Shown: one piece after another, positions 29,554 to 37,000 of the stretch
Layout: the number at the start of each line of letters is the position of its first letter
How positions within the stretch are numbered: the first letter of the stretch is position 1
DNA from: Solirubrobacteraceae bacterium
GTDB taxonomy: Bacteria; Actinomycetota; Thermoleophilia; Solirubrobacterales; Solirubrobacteraceae
Reading direction: 5' to 3'
Assembly: GCA_033855155.1 (NCBI GenBank)
Contig: JAWVGK010000391.1
Span: 1-44,933, forward strand
Length of the DNA stretch: 44,933 nucleotides
Notes under the pieces: generated by a model
Told to the model about the DNA's origin: nothing
Databases searched by the model: none
Seen by the model: only the letters and a program-made list of their open reading frames with translations
Made by a program: the position numbers and the translations under genes

Positions 29554-30525
29554 CTACCAGACTGACGCGTCGGCGGGAGAGCCCAAGTCAACGCGGTCGA
29601 GCCACCAGCGCAGCTCTGCAGCAGCCACCCGGTCGCCATACGCCGTGGGCTCATCTGCCGTAGCGTAGCCCGTGTTGTATTCCATGTACACGTCGGACTG
29701 CCGATATACCGTCACATCGTCCATGGCTCCGATGCCGTAGCGCACCAACCAGAGTGGCGAATTAGGAAGGTCTCTTCCCGCCTCATCCAGCAGCTGCCGA
29801 ACCGTGCGTGCCGTGACGTCCCGGTCTACCTCATGACCTATCAGGCGGGCTAGGGTGGCCGCCTCCACGATGATCACATCGACCCGTCGAATAATGATCA
29901 AAAGCTCAGCGTAGGTGATGAACCGGTCGAGGTCGTGGGGCACGAGGTCAATGCACACGAGACCGCCGCCGTCGTTAGTCACAGTGATCGCAGTGTCGAC
30001 GGCGCCGCTTGATGACGACGTGAGCAGCGAGTAACCGTCTACGACCAACAGGTCTGACGCCGACAGTTGGGACCGATAAGCGAGTACGTCCCTCGGAGCC
30101 AGGAAATGGCTCGGGGCGGGCTGACTTGAGATGAGGACACGCGTCCCTTGCGACGAACCTGCCGACGGAGCGTCGCGAACGATGAGCACGACTCCGTTCG
30201 GCACATCAGGAATCTGGGTCAGGAGTGGTGTGACGCCGAGATCATGGAAATGGGCTTGTACGACCGACGAGTAGGCATCGCACCCGACAGCGGCGAGCAC
30301 GTTGACGGCAGCAAAGTGCTCCACTGCGTAGCGGGCGAAGTTGGCAGCCGTGCCGGCTATCGAAAGTGCGATCGGCGCGAACTCGAAGTGGTCTGTGCTG
30401 ACATCAGCAAAGCGAGTCGCAAGGCGGGATCGGACGTCGATACGCACGTCTCCCAACACGGTGACGGTATAAGCTCGTGGCTGCCTTTCCGTGGTAGCAA
30501 GGAGGTGAGTGGGCGAGGTGAGCAT
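29554..30525 (-). CDS. PfkB/ribokinase-family sugar or nucleoside kinase (divergent)
   Basis: VTVLGDVRIDV, IAGTAANFARYA (compare GGKGANQA), and C-terminal DEPTAYGDRVAAA (compare the DTTGAGD anion-hole/catalytic Asp block). There is no clear RBS at the ATG, so the start is uncertain. Confidence 0.7.
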   Translation of the reverse strand: MLTSPTHLLATTERQPRAYTVTVLGDVRIDVRSRLATRFADVSTDHFEFAPIALSIAGTAANFARYAVEHFAAVNVLAAVGCDAYSSVVQAHFHDLGVTPLLTQIPDVPNGVVLIVRDAPSAGSSQGTRVLISSQPAPSHFLAPRDVLAYRSQLSASDLLVVDGYSLLTSSSSGAVDTAITVTNDGGGLVCIDLVPHDLDRFITYAELLIIIRRVDVIIVEAATLARLIGHEVDRDVTARTVRQLLDEAGRDLPNSPLWLVRYGIGAMDDVTVYRQSDVYMEYNTGYATADEPTAYGDRVAAAELRWWLDRVDLGSPADASVW

Positions 30526-30898
30526 GGCACGGGAGGCTCGATCTGCGTCGCTAGACGCGGGCGCAGCTGGCAGCGACTGGCGAAGGATCGCCGCCCTTTA
30601 TATCGTGTTTTGACGCTGCGCCCATATCATTCGGCCTTGGGAATACGCGCTGACCCATAGTGCTCTCCGGCCAAGCTACGACCAATCTCGATGCCGAAGA
30701 TCACGCACATCGCGCGTATGCTCGAGCCAGTCGGTGCCAAGCTCGGCAACGACGACGAGCGTGAAAGGATCGCGGCGCTGAGGACGTCCCCCTCTGAAGA
30801 GAGCCGCAGGGTGGCTTCAGCGTCACGAGTTCCCGACGACCAGTCCAGAGCAGTAGACGCCGGGCACGTGCTTCCCGGAGCACCAGCCCCAGCGAGGT

Positions 30899-33238
30899 AT
30901 GGGAGCGCTCGTCTGCCGCTCGCCGCGCTGTCACCGAGTCCGGGGCACTGTCAACGTGTATAGCGCACCGTCGACGAGTCTCGCCGATGACGATTGGTCG
31001 CGCTATGACTCGTGGAACGCAGCGATTGCTGAGGAGTTCTTCGGGGGCCGATGGGGTGGCCGGCCGGTGTATCTCGACCTGGAGGACGACGTCCTCGAGC
31101 GCGTCACGCGGACGGCCCAGGCGACCGGCCCCGATGAAGCGCCCGATCTGATCGCCGCCGTTCGTCCCACGCTACGACTGGGCGAGCATGGGTCGCTGTT
31201 CGGCGCACATGCCGCGAGGCTCAGGCGCTGGCGAATCCAGAACCGGCAGGGACCGCCGCCGGTGCTAGGCGTCCTCGCGCTGCTGTCACTCGTCGCCGAG
31301 CAGATGCACACCGACGCGAAGTTCTCGGCGTCGAACTACTACGGGCGCTTCGTACAGCTCCTCGGTGGCGACACCGCCGACGAGCCACTTCGTCAGAAGG
31401 TGGTTCGCGGGTTCGCCGATCAATCGCACATCCTCTGGCGTGCCCTCAACGAATGGCTGTCGGAGGATCCCGCCGTTCGCGGGATCCCAACCGCATACGC
31501 TTTCGACTTCCGAGTTCACGTGGGCGTACCGATGTCGCAGGCCTTGGTGCGCGAGCCAGACCGACGGCGCCTTCAGGAGCTGTTTCTCGATGCTCGCTTG
31601 CGCCCTGGCGAGCGGTTGAGCCACAGCGACATGTTGAGACTGCTCGGTCAGTGGATCCCTGCCTCCTCCGTGAGCCGGACTCTCAAGGTCCTATGCCTCC
31701 AGCCCGAGGTGCTCGAGCGAGTCGCCGAGGTCGCATGCGTCGAGCTTGAGGCGTGGGGCGGGCAGGTCGACGTCGCATCCCCGGTTGCCAGATCAGAGCT
31801 CGCGCTCATCGCTCATCTGCGCGCCGTGCCGAGGCGGCGACTGGACCTGTCACTTGCGGCCAAGCTCCCGCTTGGGACGCACGCCGACGAGCTCGTGCTG
31901 TCTGATGATAGTGGCCCCGCAGCCATCCACGCTCTGGAACACGCCGACGGGCGACTGGAGCTCGACCCCCCGGATGAGGCCGGATGGCGCGCGGTGCGAA
32001 ACGCTCGAGATATCTCGATGCCGGACCTGCTGCTCGCGACGATGCACTTGTCCACCGTTACGGGCGCGGGGATCAGGAGGATTCCACGGCGGCTCATCCT
32101 CCTGGAACGTGACGAGACGATGCTTCGCTACGTCGAGGTCCCGCGAGCCCGGCTGGGCAACGAGTATCTGCTGCTCGCGATGGATGCCCTGCAAGGCGAG
32201 CTTGCGGCGGCGCTGGAGGAGGCCGCCCGTCCCGGGTATCGAGCGATTCGGCCCAAGTTCCTCCGGGGTTTACCGGAAGGGTGGATTGCGTACCTCGGTG
32301 TAGAGCTCATCGGGATCACCAGCAGCGATCGAGCAGACCTTGCGTCGCTCATCCCGGTCGCGTGGTCGCAGGTCAGCTTCTCTGGTGGCCTGAAGCTGCC
32401 TGGCCGCGCCAGCTGGCACCGGGACGATCCGCCGTCGCTGAACGCGACGTCGTTCGCAGGGGAGCCGGTTGATGCGGTGATCCATGCAGAGGCGGTCGAC
32501 GCGAGTGCAGAAGACGACGCCACCGATGAGACCCTGCTTCTTGGGCTCGTCGATGGCGCGGATGTCTTCGATCTGTCTTCCCTCGGCTTGGACAACGGCA
32601 GCTACCGGGGCGCGCTTGTGACCGCCGGCGACGCGAGCGTGATCGGGTCGGCGCCGTTGCGCCTTTCGTCGGCCTCGGAATCGGACGGTTCGGCAGCGAT
32701 GGGGGCCGGCACGCCCTTGGACAAGCCCGAGCTCGCACTTTTCGGAAGTTGGGGATCCGGTCTGACCCGTGGCGCCGATTGGCCGGAGACCGCGCCCGTC
32801 GATACAGCGCCAGGTTCCCTCCCGGCGAGGGGTCTGGTGTCACTCGCCCAACGAACGGTGGACGAGGAGCAGGACGACGAGCCTCCGCCAATTGCCCCGT
32901 CGCCGCAGCCGGCGAGCGTCGCGAACTGCCTGGAGACTGGCGCCCACTACTTCGTGCTTGACTCCCATGCCGGTCGCCGAGGTCTCGCCGACATGTTCGG
33001 CGGCGACTGCCGCTACTGCGGCTTGGAGAAGTTCTTCCCCGCTCGGCCGCGTCGGGGCAAGAAGGGTCAACGACGCGGAAGCGTCGGTGGACGCCGCGCC
33101 GCCCAGCTCCACGATGTCGTCCGAAGCCTTCAGAACGTCCCTCGGCGCAACGATCCCCAACGCATGGATCCAAACGTCCTGCTCGACGCGCTCTCGCTCA
33201 TTGGCGGCTCCGATTGGGTGTGCTGCAAAGGATGGTAG
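30899..33238 (+). CDS. Large hypothetical protein with no domain recognisable by eye; first gene of the helicase-DUF1998 module
   Basis: Track ORF of 779 aa with protein-like composition throughout. A late Cys cluster reads CLETGAHYFVLDSHAGRRGLADMFGGDCRYCG. An alternative in-frame GTG start is at 30956. Confidence 0.6.
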   Translation: MGALVCRSPRCHRVRGTVNVYSAPSTSLADDDWSRYDSWNAAIAEEFFGGRWGGRPVYLDLEDDVLERVTRTAQATGPDEAPDLIAAVRPTLRLGEHGSLFGAHAARLRRWRIQNRQGPPPVLGVLALLSLVAEQMHTDAKFSASNYYGRFVQLLGGDTADEPLRQKVVRGFADQSHILWRALNEWLSEDPAVRGIPTAYAFDFRVHVGVPMSQALVREPDRRRLQELFLDARLRPGERLSHSDMLRLLGQWIPASSVSRTLKVLCLQPEVLERVAEVACVELEAWGGQVDVASPVARSELALIAHLRAVPRRRLDLSLAAKLPLGTHADELVLSDDSGPAAIHALEHADGRLELDPPDEAGWRAVRNARDISMPDLLLATMHLSTVTGAGIRRIPRRLILLERDETMLRYVEVPRARLGNEYLLLAMDALQGELAAALEEAARPGYRAIRPKFLRGLPEGWIAYLGVELIGITSSDRADLASLIPVAWSQVSFSGGLKLPGRASWHRDDPPSLNATSFAGEPVDAVIHAEAVDASAEDDATDETLLLGLVDGADVFDLSSLGLDNGSYRGALVTAGDASVIGSAPLRLSSASESDGSAAMGAGTPLDKPELALFGSWGSGLTRGADWPETAPVDTAPGSLPARGLVSLAQRTVDEEQDDEPPPIAPSPQPASVANCLETGAHYFVLDSHAGRRGLADMFGGDCRYCGLEKFFPARPRRGKKGQRRGSVGGRRAAQLHDVVRSLQNVPRRNDPQRMDPNVLLDALSLIGGSDWVCCKGW

Positions 33239-34059
33239 GTCAGCACGACGATCGGCCTTGGGGCGCACTCGAGTGCGCCCGCACGCTCTCATGCCTCGGT
33301 CACCTGGACCTCAACATCGACCCACGGACCGTGCGTCCGACTCGGTGGTCGATCGCGCCAGCGACCATCGTGGTAACCGAGTCAGGTTCGTTCCTGGCCG
33401 GCTTCCGCTCCGACCGGCTGATCGCCGCGCTCACCGACCACGCAGTAGATCGAGGGCTACAGGTGACGCGAACGCCGGCGCCGAGTTCGCCGGATCGGAT
33501 CTCGTTCACCCCGCTCGGCGGCGCTGATGCACTCCAACTCGCAGACGCGATCCGAACCGACAGCAACCTCGCGGTTGGTGTCTGCGTCGATCCCTCGAAG
33601 CACCTCCTGGAGTGGTTGCCGTCGCTTGAGAAGCTTCGGATGACGCTCCCGTTGGACGACTTCGTGATCCATGAAGGACTGGAGCGATTCGATGTGACTA
33701 CCGGCCGTTGGGAGCCGGCGGGTACCTCTCGGGCCGAGGGTGCCTACCGCACCGCTCGCCTGCCGCGTCGCCACTGGCATCGGTCCAGCGGCGAGACGCG
33801 ACGTAGCCTTGACCCACTGTCGAAATGGCTAGCCGCCGCGGATGTCCAACCGCTGCTCGCGTACGACCCCGAGACCCAGCAGCTCGCCTGCCACGTCGGC
33901 TGTCCTCTACCTGCCCTCCACGAGCGCGCCGCTGTCCTCGCTACCGGGTGGACACCGTCTCACGTCGGCTCACACATGATCTACGGAGGCATCAATGACC
34001 GGCTCGCCGCGGCGTTGGCCCGTAAGCTACGTGTTCCGGTGATCCATGGCTCAGCCTGA
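33232..34059 (+). CDS. Hypothetical protein; second gene of the helicase-DUF1998 module
   Basis: Track ORF 33214..34059. The ATG at 33232 overlaps the upstream stop (ATGGTAG), and the 3' end overlaps the helicase start by 14 nt. No recognisable domain. Confidence 0.55.
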   Translation: MVGQHDDRPWGALECARTLSCLGHLDLNIDPRTVRPTRWSIAPATIVVTESGSFLAGFRSDRLIAALTDHAVDRGLQVTRTPAPSSPDRISFTPLGGADALQLADAIRTDSNLAVGVCVDPSKHLLEWLPSLEKLRMTLPLDDFVIHEGLERFDVTTGRWEPAGTSRAEGAYRTARLPRRHWHRSSGETRRSLDPLSKWLAAADVQPLLAYDPETQQLACHVGCPLPALHERAAVLATGWTPSHVGSHMIYGGINDRLAAALARKLRVPVIHGSA

Positions 34060-37000
34060 CCCCCTGCAGCTGCAGCAGCAGCTGTCGGCGGCATACCTGC
34101 GGTACTACGACACGGCCTTCCGCCTGCGCGATCCACAGCTCCGAATCGAGCGGCGGAGGCTGCTGGAGCGTCCGGGCACGGTGTTCACGCAGCCTCTGAT
34201 CGAGCCCGTGATCCCTTACCCCAGCAGCGTCTCCGTGCGGGATGCGTGCGCTGCGGCAGGCCTGCGGCCGGAGATCGCACCAACGCTGTCGCACATGCTC
34301 TTCCAGCAGGGCGAGGGCTTCGGGCTGCGCGAGCATCAAGCTGAAGCGCTGAGGATCTCGCTGTCCCCGCCCGACACCGACCGGCGCCACGTCGTCGTCA
34401 CATCAGGCACCGGCTCGGGCAAGACCGAGTCGTTCCTGCTTCCGATCTTCGCGCGTCTGCTCTCGGAGGCGCTTGACGAGGGAGCCGAGCCAGCGCTGCG
34501 TCGCTGGTGGGATCGCGACGCCCCCGCAGGACGATGGCGGAGCGCGAGACCGGACGGAGGCCGCCCGCCCGCGATGCGAGCCATGATCCTGTACCCAACC
34601 AACGCGCTGGTCGAGGACCAGATCTCCCGGTTGCGGCGCGCCATCTCACTGGCTCCGCGCCAGGGCGGCGGACCTGCGCTGTACTTCGGTCGTTATACGG
34701 GGGCCACGATCGGGGGCGGGGAGCTCCCGACGACGATGAGCGACCCTCGTGTCCGGGAAGTCGCTCTGCAGCTCCGACTGATGGAGCGAGAGCGCAACGG
34801 GCTGGCCGGGGTCGACATCGAGGTAGCAGGGCAGTTCGCCGAACCCAGGGAGGGCGAACTGATCGTCCGATGGGACATGATCGTGACCCCGCCAGACGTG
34901 CTCGTGACGAACTACTCGATGCTCAACGTGATGTTGCTGCGCGATCGCGAGTCATCGCTCTTCGGTGCAACGCGCGACTGGCTCGCCGGGGATCCCAAGC
35001 GCGTCTTCACGCTCGTCGTCGACGAGTTGCACGGATACCGAGGGACGCAAGGCAGCGAGGTGGCGCTCGTCGTGCGCAACCTCCTACGACGCCTTGGGCT
35101 CTCCGGAGACAGCCCGCAGCTTCGGTGCATCGGAACGAGCGCATCGCTCGACGGCGAGGAGGGACTGGAGTTCCTCGAGCAGTTCTTCGGCGCACCGCGA
35201 GACAGCTTCCACGTCACCGCCGGTACACCAGAGCAGATCCCGGACGTCGACTTCACAGACCTCCAGCTCGATCGAGTGCCCCGGGACGGAGCGCCTCGCC
35301 TTGACCAGGTGGTTGCCGCCGCATGTCGCGACGCCGATGGCATCCGGGCACGAACGATCTCGCAAGTCCAGCGTCGACTCTTTGGGGACGGCGATCACAA
35401 CCGCGAGTCGATGAGGCGAGTGCTCTCCCTCGTGGCTGAGCAGGGTGACAAATCGGGCCTGATCTCATTTCGATCGCACCACTTCGTCCGGATGATCCGC
35501 GGTTTTTGGGCGTGCTCCGATCCGGACTGCGAAGTCGCGGATCGGTCGGATCACCAGCCTAGGTCCGTCGGGCGCCTGTATTCGATCCCCACCGCCCGCT
35601 GCGAGTGCGGGGCACGGGTGCTCGAGCTCCTGTACTGCAACCAGTGTGGTGAGGTCTCGCTTGGGGGCTTCGTCGCGGTCCCCGACAGCGACGAGCCCCA
35701 AGACGGCGAGGGCTGGTACCTCAGTGCGCTTCCGAGCGTGCCGCGCGTCGCCGAGCAACTCGTGTTCCGCCGTGGTTGGGGTGAGTACATGTGGTATTGG
35801 CCCGGGGAGTGTCCAACTGACGTCAACCCGTGGCGACACTCGCTCGACGAAGGAGCGCTTCAGCTCCGGTTCGGGCCGGCAGAGCTCGATCCACGCACAG
35901 GCGTGCTCTCGCCGGCCCCGCGCCCACTCGCAACGGGGACGATGATGACGCTATCTCGCCGCCTCGCCGACCTTGCGCCGCGACGTGTGCCGGCCCTCCC
36001 CGAGCGGTGTCCGCGGTGCGACGCCGCGGGCTTCAACCGCGACCCACGCACCTTCTTCAGAGGGCTCGTCAGATCGCCGATCCGCGCACACACCACCGGC
36101 GTTGCACGTGTGAACCAGGTGTTGCTCGACAGGGTGGTCCGAAACGTCGCCGAGCGTCCCCAGGATGGTCGCACCATCGTGTTCACGGACAGCCGTGACG
36201 ACGCTGCCGGGACGGCTGCTGGGGTCGAGACCAACCACTTCAGGGACCTCATCCGGCAGGTGGTGACGCAAGAGCTTGCCGTGGCCGACAGCCCTGCGAC
36301 GATCATGCGCCGCGCTGCGCATGGCCAGGATCTGACATCCGATCAGCAGAGCCTGCTTCCGCTCTACAAAGGTGACGCTCCAGACGTCTGGAGCGCGATG
36401 CGGCTCGATGCTCGTGGACTAGCCGAACCCGACGATCTGTCGCTCATCGCGGCGTACATCGGCCAGCACGGGGGCGAGTCGAGACGCCTGCCCTGGGAGG
36501 TGCTGCGGCAGCGGGTGGAGCGCCGACTCGTGAGCCTGGGCGTCAACCCAGCGGGGTCAGCACCGTCCGCCGCGACGTTCGGCCCACACCCATGGTGGCT
36601 CCTTCATGCATCCCCTCATGGCCAGTGGACGCAGCTAGCGGCAGAGATCCGTGCCGACGGGCAAGCGGAGGCCCGGACGCGACTGGACAACCATCTCGCC
36701 GACGCGCTGTTCAACCGCGGAGGGCGGGACTTCGAATCGGTCGGCCTCGGTTGGTTTGAGCCCGCCCGCACGATCACCGGCCAACTGCCGTTACCGACCG
36801 GATCAGACTCGGAGACCATCCGCTCGACGATCCGTCTTCTTGCCCTCTCGGGCCGTTACCCAGGCACACGCTGGGACGCCACGGGACCCGGTCAGGCGCT
36901 CAGGCGATACCTCAAGGCGGTTGGTGCGCGTCACGACGTAGACCCAAAGACACTCGAGCAGTTGCTCGAGGATCTGCTCGCCGACGCACGCGTCACACGG

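Noticed and set aside
30691-30963. 90-aa ORF in the divergent intergenic region (MPKITHIARMLEPVGAKLGNDDERERIAAL...).
   Set aside because: The protein-like character fades after ~30 codons. It overlaps the start of the 779-aa gene and has no recognisable family or RBS. The region 30526-30898 is better treated as a divergent promoter region. I could not define -35/-10 boxes convincingly around the A/T-rich patch at 30596-30632.
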